Origin: a virus
Taxonomy: Duplodnaviria; Caudoviricetes
DNA length: 40,075 nt
Strand: one strand, 5' to 3'
IMG/VR virus record: IMGVR_UViG_3300022204_000008
Location: 1 to 40,075 of that record
Positions within the stretch are counted from its first letter, which is position 1. Each line of letters begins with the position of its first letter. Made by a program: the position numbers and the translations under genes. This document shows, in pieces, positions 1 through 7,107 of the stretch. The notes under the pieces were generated by a model that did not search any database, was not told the origin of the DNA, and was given only the letters and a program-made list of their open reading frames with translations.

Positions 1-146
1 CAGAGGACGCAGCGCAGGACGCAGCATGGGACGCAGCATGGGCCGCAGCATGGGCCGCAGCACTGGCCGCAGCAGAGGACGCAGCACGGGACGTAGCATG
101 GAACGCAGCACGGGCCGCAGCGCGGGACGCAGCATGGGACGCAGAG
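1..146. repeat. Terminal near-direct repeat (matches 39930-40075), inside a tandem-repeat gene
   Basis: Direct comparison gives 146 nt with mismatches at positions 16 and 27; 28-146 is identical. Consistent with a circular or permuted assembly, but it lies within a 141-bp tandem unit. Confidence 0.85.
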
Positions 147-386
147 GACGCAGAGGACGCAGCGCGGGCCGCAGCATGGGCCGCAGCACTGGCCGCAGCA
201 GAGGACGCAGCACGGGACGTAGCATGGAACGCAGCACGGGCCGCAGCGCGGGACGCAGCACGGGCCGCAGCGCGGGACGCAGCACGGGCCGCAGCGCGGG
301 ACGCAGCATGGGACGCAGAGGACGCAGCGCGGGACGCAGAACGCGAATGGCAGGCTGCCCAGATTCGTATGTATTTGGAGGACTGA
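3..386 (+). CDS. C-terminal part of the AA(W/R)(D/A) tetrapeptide-repeat protein that begins at 39392 (wraps the contig junction)
   Basis: Frame 3 reads EDAAQDAAWDAAWAAAWAAAL...DAEREWQAAQIRMYLED*. The tail parallels DAERQWQTQRLLSCLEGG of 7104-7946. Not in the ORF track. Confidence 0.85.
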   Translation, partial: EDAAQDAAWDAAWAAAWAAALAAAEDAARDVAWNAARAAARDAAWDAEDAEDAARAAAWAAALAAAEDAARDVAWNAARAAARDAARAAARDAARAAARDAAWDAEDAARDAEREWQAAQIRMYLED

Positions 387-389
387 CCG

Positions 390-548
390 ATGACCATGCA
401 CCAAACCCTTAACCTGGAACGCATCGCCGAGGATCAAAAACGCATTTTGCGTGAATCCATCGCGATCAACGCTCGTGCACAACGCGCAATCGACCGCGCT
501 AACGCCCATATCGAACGACTACAACGCGGAAGGATCAAAAAGGGGTGA
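390..548 (+). CDS. Small hypothetical protein (52 aa, helical, basic)
   Basis: GGAGGACTGACCG-ATG start 3 nt after the previous stop; MTMHQTLNLERIAEDQKRILRESIAINARAQRAIDRANAHIERLQRGRIKKG. Confidence 0.6.
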   Translation: MTMHQTLNLERIAEDQKRILRESIAINARAQRAIDRANAHIERLQRGRIKKG

Positions 549-584
549 AAAATCAAAATAACAAACCATGTGAAGGATTACTTA

Positions 585-821
585 ATGCCCATTCCCATCA
601 AACAGGCCCAAGGCGCTCTCAATCCGCGTCAATGGACACTTGCAACCAACCGCTTGCCCAAGTTCAACCAGCGTGCTCCGTCTAACCTGGCGGCGCGTCT
701 TGTTCTTGTGAGTGGATATGGCTACACGAATGCCGGAGCCGTGCTCAACGTTCACCGGGCGAATGTGCGGCGGGCGGTCTTGCGAATTCTTACGGCGTGG
801 GTGGAATCACGGAAATCTTGA
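585..821 (+). CDS. KorA/TrfB-like HTH transcriptional regulator
   Basis: GAAGGA RBS before ATG 585. AARLVLVSGYGYTNAGAVLNVHRANVRRAVLRILTAW resembles the KorA/TrfB HTH pattern (ARxVLVxG...AxxLgxxRxxVxxAVxRxxxA), judged by eye. Confidence 0.55.
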   Translation: MPIPIKQAQGALNPRQWTLATNRLPKFNQRAPSNLAARLVLVSGYGYTNAGAVLNVHRANVRRAVLRILTAWVESRKS

Positions 822-1170
822 CGTCAACTCGTCCACCTTTTACAACCGGGCCACGAATCAGGCGCAGGTCATCAATCTGGCTATCGTCCACGTAGACCTT
901 GGCCACCTGGAGAGCGTCGATCGTGGATTTCTCATAATTGGCAAGGTCGCATTTGGCGCGGGTCGGCGGGGAAAGCGTGAGGGTAACGGCAAGCCTGCCT
1001 GTAAGCCTTAACCCGCCGATCCGCATGATCTGACATTGGCGCAAGACCTCCGCCCGGAAGTCCTTGCCTTTTTTGCCCAGGAATATCCTCGGCTTGCCAG
1101 CAACAATCCCGTGCCGCCAGTAGTGATTGGTGGAGGGTGGCCACGGCAACCCGATATTGATTTCCATCAT
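790..1170 (-). CDS. rusA: RusA-family Holliday junction resolvase
   Basis: LPWPPSTNHYWRH N-terminus and DLANYEKSTIDAL...DDSQID motifs; lies downstream of the replication genes. Confidence 0.9.
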   Translation of the reverse strand: MMEINIGLPWPPSTNHYWRHGIVAGKPRIFLGKKGKDFRAEVLRQCQIMRIGGLRLTGRLAVTLTLSPPTRAKCDLANYEKSTIDALQVAKVYVDDSQIDDLRLIRGPVVKGGRVDVKISVIPPTP

Positions 1171-1568
1171 ACCTCCCGCACTTCAATATTTCCGCACGAG
1201 TGGCACTTGTAGGCCGGAACCAAGGCGGTACAATCCTCGGAAAGGTGCGGAATCTTGAATGACACTCCACCGCAGGGGCCATGGAAATGGGCGGTGGTAT
1301 CCGGCATCTGGTCATAAAGCGATTGAACCTCCGCGCTCATGCTGACCAGTTCCTCCGGATCGGGTTCCAGGATCTGGGCGGAAACGCTCAACCTCTCCAG
1401 TATTTGCACCTTGTCCACTCCGAACGGGGGAGAAAGCAGCAAAACGCCCTCTTTCCCCTTGCTGGCGATAAATGTGATTTTCAGTGCGCCGTTGTCCAAC
1501 TCTTCCAGCCGGACAGCCTCAATGTTATCCACAACATCATGTGTCAGCAGATTCAGTGTGTTATCCAT
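1167..1568 (-). CDS. Hypothetical protein with C-terminal zinc ribbon
   Basis: HGPCGG...YKCHSCGN; overlaps neighbouring genes, with GGAGG-type coupling to rusA. Confidence 0.7.
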   Translation of the reverse strand: MDNTLNLLTHDVVDNIEAVRLEELDNGALKITFIASKGKEGVLLLSPPFGVDKVQILERLSVSAQILEPDPEELVSMSAEVQSLYDQMPDTTAHFHGPCGGVSFKIPHLSEDCTALVPAYKCHSCGNIEVREV

Positions 1569-1818
1569 TTATCCACACCCCCAGTAAAGTTGCTACTGTC
1601 AACGCCAGCACAGCATACCGAACCCATCGAACCGGCTTGCGTCCTTGGGAGCGGATGATCGGGAATCGAACCCCGCCCAAAGCAAGGGCGCGGGCAGCAT
1701 CCTCTTGCTTTCTCGCGGCCAACTCCATCAACCGACGGCTCTGGCCACTCTCTCCCGCCCAAAACGAGATTTTCACATCCGGCTCCGTAAAAGCCCCTTT
1801 AAGCTCTTGCTCACCCAT
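1561..1818 (-). CDS. Hypothetical protein with C-terminal transmembrane helix
   Basis: GGGAGG RBS; hydrophobic tail YAVLALTVATLLGVWING. Confidence 0.65.
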   Translation of the reverse strand: MGEQELKGAFTEPDVKISFWAGESGQSRRLMELAARKQEDAARALALGGVRFPIIRSQGRKPVRWVRYAVLALTVATLLGVWING

Positions 1819-1854
1819 AACCTATACCTCCCATAGGGTTTTACCATCTTCGTC

Positions 1855-2442
1855 TCACACGAGCATTTTCCTCACCCGTCCATTGACCACCCTGCCGACA
1901 ACCTTGCTAGTGGAGGGGTCATAGACGACAAGGCTGGGAATCCTCTCGGCTCCCTTGCATCCGTTCCGGCATGGCCCGGCGTAATGGGTGGCTCCGCGTT
2001 TCCCGTTCACTCGCACCGCCTGCAAAAGCATTAGGCCATTCCGGCAAGGGCAGTGAGCGGGATCGGCCTGCGCCATGTCGGCCACGGCGAAATTCAACTC
2101 CTCGCACGCCTCTTGCCCATCCTGGATCGCGATTACCAGCGCCGCATGCAAGGCCCCATTGGCCTTGTGCTGCACCATCGTCACCTCCTCGAACGGCTCA
2201 TCAGGGTTTTGAGCGGGCATCGCCTGGCGCGGCGGGGTAAGGGCTTCCAGCACCTCGACGAATTGCTTCTGGATCGGCAGAAACCGGCATTCGTCCAGCA
2301 GGCGGGCAACGGCCTTGTGCCAAGTGTGGCCTGGATAGCCGCACAGTCTGCCGAAGAGGTCGGTAACGTGGTCTGCGGGGTATTCCCGCCCGAAATTGCG
2401 CTCAAGGCGCTTCAGGCCCTCCAGAAATTCCGGCTTCATCAT
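1855..2442 (-). CDS. Replication accessory protein (helicase loader/inhibitor-like N-terminus, Cys-rich C-terminus)
   Basis: ATGA-coupled to the initiator, in the lambda P position. The N-terminal pattern W..AV..LL....FLP is typical of loader/inhibitor-like phage proteins; CPC...CRNGC follows. Confidence 0.55.
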   Translation of the reverse strand: MMKPEFLEGLKRLERNFGREYPADHVTDLFGRLCGYPGHTWHKAVARLLDECRFLPIQKQFVEVLEALTPPRQAMPAQNPDEPFEEVTMVQHKANGALHAALVIAIQDGQEACEELNFAVADMAQADPAHCPCRNGLMLLQAVRVNGKRGATHYAGPCRNGCKGAERIPSLVVYDPSTSKVVGRVVNGRVRKMLV

Positions 2443-3221
2443 TTCCCGCCTCCCAAAAATCGAGCATCCCGTTCGCTGGTGCCGCCAGCCTGCTGGCCCT
2501 TGATCGGGTACAGATCGGCCCAGGTATGCAGCGTGGACTGGTCAAGCACGCTTGCCGGATCGTGTCCAACCTGCCGAAGTGTGTCCAGTTTCTTTACCGC
2601 CATGCCCATCGCTCTCGGCGTGAGGGGTTTGCGGGATCGCTGCCGCATTTCGACCCACCCCTTCCAGGCTTCCTGTGGAACCCACTCAGGCAAAGCGAAG
2701 CGCATGCTTTTTTTTGACCTCGAAGAGGTTTTTTTTTCTTGAAAAGGAGATGGAGATGGAGAAGGAGAAGGGGCATTGCTGTCAGCATGCATTGAGCATT
2801 GCTCACCGCATTGCTGTCCGCAATGCTGGCAGCATGATGCGTTTTCCCTTTTCCAACGGGCACTTGCGGCAATTCTTGCTTGTGCTGAGCGTGTGCTGGC
2901 GTGCATGGCGTAGCCGTTGTGATGCGCCCAATCGTGAAGTGCCCAGGCGGTGCCCCATTGGTTCGAATGTGACGCTTCGAGAAAGCCTATTTTTTTATCA
3001 GTTACGGCAGCAAAAAACGCTCCCGGCTCACCATCCCATCCAGCCGCTTCCTCGATCTCGTCCGGCTCCATGTCGCGGAACACTCCATCCACCTTTTCAC
3101 GGGCCGCGAACGCCATCAAGCGCAGGTGTGCGACCACACCCTCATAGCCAAGCGCCCGGCGCAGTCGCTTTGTCTTGGTGTGCTCGAAATAGTGGACGGA
3201 AACGCGGAAATCCGTGTTCAT
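2439..3221 (-). CDS. Phage replication initiator (O-like)
   Basis: Downstream of cro; PSPSPSP linker; C-terminal LPEWVPQEAWKGWVEMR..RKPLT...LDQS....W..LY domain common in phage initiators; internal iterons. Confidence 0.75.
   Translation of the reverse strand: MNTDFRVSVHYFEHTKTKRLRRALGYEGVVAHLRLMAFAAREKVDGVFRDMEPDEIEEAAGWDGEPGAFFAAVTDKKIGFLEASHSNQWGTAWALHDWAHHNGYAMHASTRSAQARIAASARWKRENASCCQHCGQQCGEQCSMHADSNAPSPSPSPSPFQEKKTSSRSKKSMRFALPEWVPQEAWKGWVEMRQRSRKPLTPRAMGMAVKKLDTLRQVGHDPASVLDQSTLHTWADLYPIKGQQAGGTSERDARFLGGGK
2707..2840. promoter_or_regulatory. Putative replication origin (iterons plus A/T tracts) inside the initiator gene
   Basis: GCATTGCT-like units at 2773, 2785, 2796, 2808, 2820 and 2832 (11-12 bp period), next to GGAGA(T/A) repeats and T-runs at 2707-2740. 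Confidence 0.6.
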
Positions 3222-3252
3222 GGCTCAATGAGTTGGGTAATGGTCAAGACGC

Positions 3253-3582
3253 TCATACTCTCCTCCACGCCGCGTAGCTCACGGCAGGCACACCTCGATG
3301 GGGCTGGGCGATTCGTTCCAGTTCCTCGCGCGGCATCTCCACTAATGGCAGATCGGGCGGTTCCGGCAAAAAGTTTTCCCATCGGATGGGTTCACGCCGC
3401 TCTGGCGGACTGTTCTTGATTCGCTCACGGGTTCGGGCGCAACTGATTGCGCGGAGTTTTCCGGAGCAGACCGGTCCGCACGACTTTCGATGCCGAAAGT
3501 TGTCCTGGATTTCTCCTGGGCGCATCGTCAGTTCGCGCCCGCAGAATTCACATTGTCTGATTTTTGCCGATGCCATCTTCAT
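3253..3582 (-). CDS. Hypothetical zinc-finger protein
   Basis: CEFCG...SCGPVCSG; AGGAGG RBS; in the cII-like position after cro. Confidence 0.7.
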   Translation of the reverse strand: MKMASAKIRQCEFCGRELTMRPGEIQDNFRHRKSCGPVCSGKLRAISCARTRERIKNSPPERREPIRWENFLPEPPDLPLVEMPREELERIAQPHRGVPAVSYAAWRRV

Positions 3583-3599
3583 CCTCCTTTGGGTCGGTT

Positions 3600-3806
3600 T
3601 TATTCAGGCCACAAAAGGGATTCCTTCTTGAGGCGACGCCCCCGCATGTGCTCTGTGGCCTTTTCCAGTCGCATGGCAAGATCAGAGGAAGGGCGACGCG
3701 ACCTACCGGCAATGTTGTACAGGTAGCCCACTGTCGTTCCAGCGGCTTCCGCCACATCGCGGCGCTCATCCGGGGTAGTCACTTGAATCCATTTGCGCAT
3801 ATCCAT
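3600..3806 (-). CDS. cro: Cro-like HTH regulator
   Basis: RRDVAEAAGTTVGYLYNIAGRSRRPSSDLAMRLEKAT...LLWPE is a classic Cro/YdaS pattern; first gene of the replication operon. Start moved to ATG 3806. Confidence 0.8.
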   Translation of the reverse strand: MDMRKWIQVTTPDERRDVAEAAGTTVGYLYNIAGRSRRPSSDLAMRLEKATEHMRGRRLKKESLLWPE

Positions 3807-3813
3807 AGATGGG

Positions 3814-3842
3814 AGACTACCCGAAGGAATTTTCACCGTCAA
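3814..3842 (-). promoter_or_regulatory. Sigma70 promoter for cro (leftward)
   Basis: TTGACG-17 nt-TAGTCT, then 7 nt to ATG 3806. Confidence 0.7.
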
Positions 3843-3859
3843 GCACAAACTTTTTGTGC
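3843..3859. promoter_or_regulatory. Palindromic operator between the divergent -35 boxes
   Basis: GCACAAA-CTT-TTTGTGC has perfect 7-bp arms. Confidence 0.6.
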
Positions 3860-3867
3860 ATGGCGCA

Positions 3868-3896
3868 TTGCATTCGGCGGAAAGATGATCTAAGCT
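3868..3896 (+). promoter_or_regulatory. Sigma70 promoter (rightward early operon)
   Basis: TTGCAT-17 nt-TAAGCT. The predicted start (~3903) coincides with the first base of a 12-bp hairpin. Confidence 0.65.
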
Positions 3897-3902
3897 TTGT
3901 CC

Positions 3903-4240
3903 GTGGTCAGCAGGTTCCCCCCATCCCTGCTGGTCGCAGCCCCCGGCTCGGTCTCAAACCGGTCCAGAGCCGGGGGCACCCTTGGGGGAAAGGAGGTGAC
4001 TGGCGCTTACGTTGATTTGTATAAATCAACTTGGAATCCAGTCTGGGCTTGAAAACAGACAATTACATGGCTTTCGTTTTGGGTTCTGCGCACATCTGGT
4101 TGCCGCAGATGCAGAATCCAGGCCCCACCTCCGTTTCCTCCTTTCCGGGGGTGAGGGCCAAACTTTTGTTGAACCAAATTGAAGTGCGCCTCTTATCTGA
4201 TTGAGGGCTGCCCACGCCAGCCGATGCGCACAGCGTGGAT
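3903..4240 (+). ncRNA. Candidate structured leader/ncRNA (6-7 hairpins, C-rich loops)
   Basis: Stems at 3903-3937, 3939-3977, 4011-4030, 4041-4060, 4080-4120, 4121-4159 and 4212-4238, several with G-U pairs; no convincing CDS. Confidence 0.5.
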
Positions 4241-4245
4241 ATTTT

Positions 4246-4321
4246 GCCTCCGTAGCTCAGATGGAAGAGCGGCTGCCTCGTAAGCAGCGGGTCGCGGGTT
4301 CGATTCCTGCCGGAGGCTCCA
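4246..4321 (+). tRNA. tRNA-Thr(CGT)
   Basis: Acceptor stem GCCTCCG/CGGAGGC, D arm GCTC/GAGC, anticodon stem GCTGC-CT CGT AA-GCAGC, T loop TTCGATT, encoded CCA; 76 nt. Confidence 0.95.
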
Positions 4322-4334
4322 TTAAGGAGGAACC

Positions 4335-4895
4335 ATGAAAACACGACAATGCAGTGCAGAACATGCGCACGAAATCTGGCGACCGGTTACTGGGTGGGAG
4401 GGCATTTACGAGGTATCCGATCTAGGTCGCGTCAAATCCGTGCCCCGTTGGATAGTGAATACCTTGGGTGTCCGCCGGAGAGTCGGCGGTAACATCCTGC
4501 GGTCATTCGAGGCCGGTTCGGGAGGATTTGGCGTACATATGGTGGCAACCACGCTCGAACGACCACAACAGTACGCCGGGCTTGGCCAGCTTGTGCTGCG
4601 TGCGTTCGTTGGTCCTCCACCGACCGAGGACAGTGGAGCCTTCCACCTGAACGGGAACCAAAGTGATAATCGCCTGGAGAACCTGTACTGGAAGCGACGC
4701 CCGTTGATAAATTCGTGCCGGTCTCGCGGGCAGGGGCATGGGTGCTCGAAGCTGACCGAGGACAAGGTGAAAATGATTCGCACTTTCGTGCCAACGCGGC
4801 CCGGAGAATTGGCGGATTTGGCAAAGCGGCTCGGAATCCATCCCGGAACGCTTTACAACATCCGCTATGGAAGAAACTGGGGGCATGTAACATGA
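4335..4895 (+). CDS. NUMOD4-HNH homing endonuclease with C-terminal HTH
   Basis: EIWRPVTGWEGIYEVSDLGRVKS (NUMOD4); HLNGNQSDNRLENLYW (HNH_3-like); SKLTEDKV...LAKRLGIHPGTLYNIRYGRNW. Confidence 0.9.
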   Translation: MKTRQCSAEHAHEIWRPVTGWEGIYEVSDLGRVKSVPRWIVNTLGVRRRVGGNILRSFEAGSGGFGVHMVATTLERPQQYAGLGQLVLRAFVGPPPTEDSGAFHLNGNQSDNRLENLYWKRRPLINSCRSRGQGHGCSKLTEDKVKMIRTFVPTRPGELADLAKRLGIHPGTLYNIRYGRNWGHVT

Positions 4896-5056
4896 TCTAT
4901 CCCGCATGTCACGTAGACCACGACTACGAGCGGCGCAAGGGTAGCGCCAAGTGTCTGGTCTGCAACCAGCGTCTTTTGCCAAAGACAGGAAACTCCGGCT
5001 ATGGGTCAGATGGAGTCTACAACGAGGATTTGACATGGAGGAAAGGGGAGACATGA
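4892..5056 (+). CDS. Small Cys/His hypothetical protein (54 aa)
   Basis: ATGA overlaps at both ends; CHVDH...CLVC. Confidence 0.55.
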   Translation: MIYPACHVDHDYERRKGSAKCLVCNQRLLPKTGNSGYGSDGVYNEDLTWRKGET

Positions 5057-5253
5057 AAATCGACACAAGAGCGATAACTCTGGCCCTGTTTGGCGTAATC
5101 GTCGCGGGCTTCGTCCTGATGGGCGCTGGCCTGATGATGATGGACGTCGGCCAGGAGAACTATTTCACCCTCTACGTTGCTCCCATTGGGGCGTTCGCCA
5201 TGATGGTGGCGGCTGCCGCGTGGGCGCTGGTGTGGCATGGGGGGGGCAATTGA
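5053..5253 (+). CDS. Small two-TM membrane protein
   Basis: AGGGGAG RBS; MKIDTRAITLALFGVIVAGFVLMGAG...IGAFAMMVAAAAWALVW. Confidence 0.7.
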   Translation: MKIDTRAITLALFGVIVAGFVLMGAGLMMMDVGQENYFTLYVAPIGAFAMMVAAAAWALVWHGGGN

Positions 5254-5363
5254 TGAACCTGGAAAACCTGAAGGCGCAATCCGAAGCCGTACTGACCGTC
5301 TGCATCGGCGCCGCTATTCTCATCATCAGCATCGCCACAGCGCATTGGCTGTGGACGCATTAA
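5253..5363 (+). CDS. Small single-TM protein (36 aa)
   Basis: TGATG coupling; MNLENLKAQSEAVLTVCIGAAILIISIATAHWLWTH. Confidence 0.55.
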   Translation: MNLENLKAQSEAVLTVCIGAAILIISIATAHWLWTH

Positions 5364-5376
5364 AGGAAAAACCAAT

Positions 5377-6216
5377 ATGGCTGGTGAAGTGACCCCCGGC
5401 ATCTATCCCGGCATTCCCGCCGAGCAGTACCACAGCGGACCCGGTACGTCACGTTCCCAATTGGAACTTGTCCGGCAATCCCCAGCGGTGTATTGGGACA
5501 GGGTGCTCAACCCCGACAAGCCGGAGGAAAAGGAAACCGACGCCATGCGCTTCGGCAGCTTGTTCCATTCGGCCACGTTGGAACCGGACACTTTGGCAGA
5601 CTTCTACCGCGTGGCCCCTCAGGTGGACCGCCGCACCAAGGATGGAAAGGCGGCATGGGCGGACTTTGAGCGTGAATGCGAAGAAAACGGACTCACCGTC
5701 GTGTCCCAGGACGACCTTGATATGGCCAGGGCTATGGCCACGGCGGTGCGGAATCACCCTCGTGCATCCCGCATGTTGGCCGGTGGCGCACCGGAACAAA
5801 CGATTTACTGGACCGATTCGGAGACGGGGCTTCTTTGCCGTGCTCGTCCAGATTATCTCGGGGAGCAAGCGCAGTTGTGCATCCCTGACCTAAAGAGCAC
5901 AAATAGCGCCCATCCGTCTGCATTCGCCCGTTCCGTGGTCAATTTCGGCTACCACCGGCAGGAGGCGTTCTATGCCGGCGGGGTCGAGGCCGTGACCGGA
6001 GATGCGTTGCCGATGGTATTTTTGGCGGTGGAGAAGGCGCGACCATTCCAAGTGGCTCTCTACACGCTGCCGGAGGATTTTGTAGAAAAGGGCCGCCAGC
6101 AGATACGCGCCGCCCTGCGCAGATTGGCCGATTGCAAGAAAAAGGATGAGTGGCCGGGTTATCCGGAAGTGATTACCGAACTGACGATGCCCGGATGGGC
6201 GTACATGGAGGACTGA
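5377..6216 (+). CDS. recE: RecE/exonuclease VIII-like PD-(D/E)XK exonuclease (DUF3799-type)
   Basis: PGIY..IPAEQYH, AMRFGSLFH, CRARPD...DLKST and YHRQEAFY motifs. Confidence 0.9.
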   Translation: MAGEVTPGIYPGIPAEQYHSGPGTSRSQLELVRQSPAVYWDRVLNPDKPEEKETDAMRFGSLFHSATLEPDTLADFYRVAPQVDRRTKDGKAAWADFERECEENGLTVVSQDDLDMARAMATAVRNHPRASRMLAGGAPEQTIYWTDSETGLLCRARPDYLGEQAQLCIPDLKSTNSAHPSAFARSVVNFGYHRQEAFYAGGVEAVTGDALPMVFLAVEKARPFQVALYTLPEDFVEKGRQQIRAALRRLADCKKKDEWPGYPEVITELTMPGWAYMED

Positions 6217-6219
6217 CCA

Positions 6220-7107
6220 ATGACAAACGCATCAACTACCATTTCTGCCGATCTACAGACGGCGCTCACCGAACGTGGCATTGAGCCGCACGCATGGTCT
6301 GCCCTGCAAAATCTGTATCCGGGTGCCCAGCCCGAATCCATGTTGATGGTCGTGGACTACTGCAAGGCCCGCAAGTTGGATCCACTCAAGAAGCCGGTTC
6401 ACATCGTTCCCATGTACGTGGAGGACAAAAAGACCGGTGCCAAGGGCATGCGCGACGTGGTAATGCCCGGCATCTACGAATACCGGACCACGGCCTTCCG
6501 CACGGGGGATTACGCGGGACAGGATGAACCCGTGTTCGGTCCCTCCGTTGAATTTCAGGGGATCACCGTGCCCGAATGGTGCAGGATCACGGTGTACCGC
6601 ATCATCCAGGGGGAAAAATGCGCATTCTCCAACACCGCCTTTTACCGCGAGGAATACGCGACAAGAGGCCGCAATGACGATCATCCGAATGCCATGTGGG
6701 CCAAGCGGTGTCATGGCCAACTCGCCAAGGTTGCCGAGGCTGGGGCGTTGCGCAAGGCGTTCCCGAACGAATTGGGCGGGGACATGACCGCAGAGGAAAT
6801 GACCGGGAAGATCATTGACGTGACCGGCGAGTCTTACGCCGACGATCAGAAGCCCTCCGCAGCCGCGAAATTAAACGCGGCCCTGGATTCCGGGCGGGCC
6901 AATGAAGCCACCGAACCGCAAGACCCCGGCATTACCGTGGAGGATCTCATAAGCGATGCCGAGATGTCCATTGCCATGGCGGAGACGTCGGACGATATCA
7001 AAAAGATCGGAGAGCGCATCAAGACGTTCCCGAAAGAGGCGCGAGATGCGCTGCGTAGCGCATGGAAAAAGCGGCAGGAAACCATTGCGGCGGGGGGGAA
7101 AGAATGA
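6220..7107 (+). CDS. bet: Single-strand annealing protein, RecT/Bet family
   Basis: DYCKARKLDPLKKPVHIVPM and W.KR.HGQLAKVAEAGALRKAFP motifs; adjacent to the exonuclease. Confidence 0.92.
   Translation: MTNASTTISADLQTALTERGIEPHAWSALQNLYPGAQPESMLMVVDYCKARKLDPLKKPVHIVPMYVEDKKTGAKGMRDVVMPGIYEYRTTAFRTGDYAGQDEPVFGPSVEFQGITVPEWCRITVYRIIQGEKCAFSNTAFYREEYATRGRNDDHPNAMWAKRCHGQLAKVAEAGALRKAFPNELGGDMTAEEMTGKIIDVTGESYADDQKPSAAAKLNAALDSGRANEATEPQDPGITVEDLISDAEMSIAMAETSDDIKKIGERIKTFPKEARDALRSAWKKRQETIAAGGKE

Noticed and set aside
26-412. ORF MGRSMGRS... and the antisense ORF 39708-40064 (MLRP repeats)
   Set aside because: These are alternative frames kept open by the stop-free minisatellite. The AAW frame has an RBS, a recognisable core domain and a paralogue.
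4012-4182. 56-codon TTG-initiated ORF in the structured leader, and antisense ORF 4063-4344
   Set aside because: The SD-to-start spacing is about 15 nt and there are no protein-like features; the antisense ORF overlaps the tRNA. Not fully excluded.
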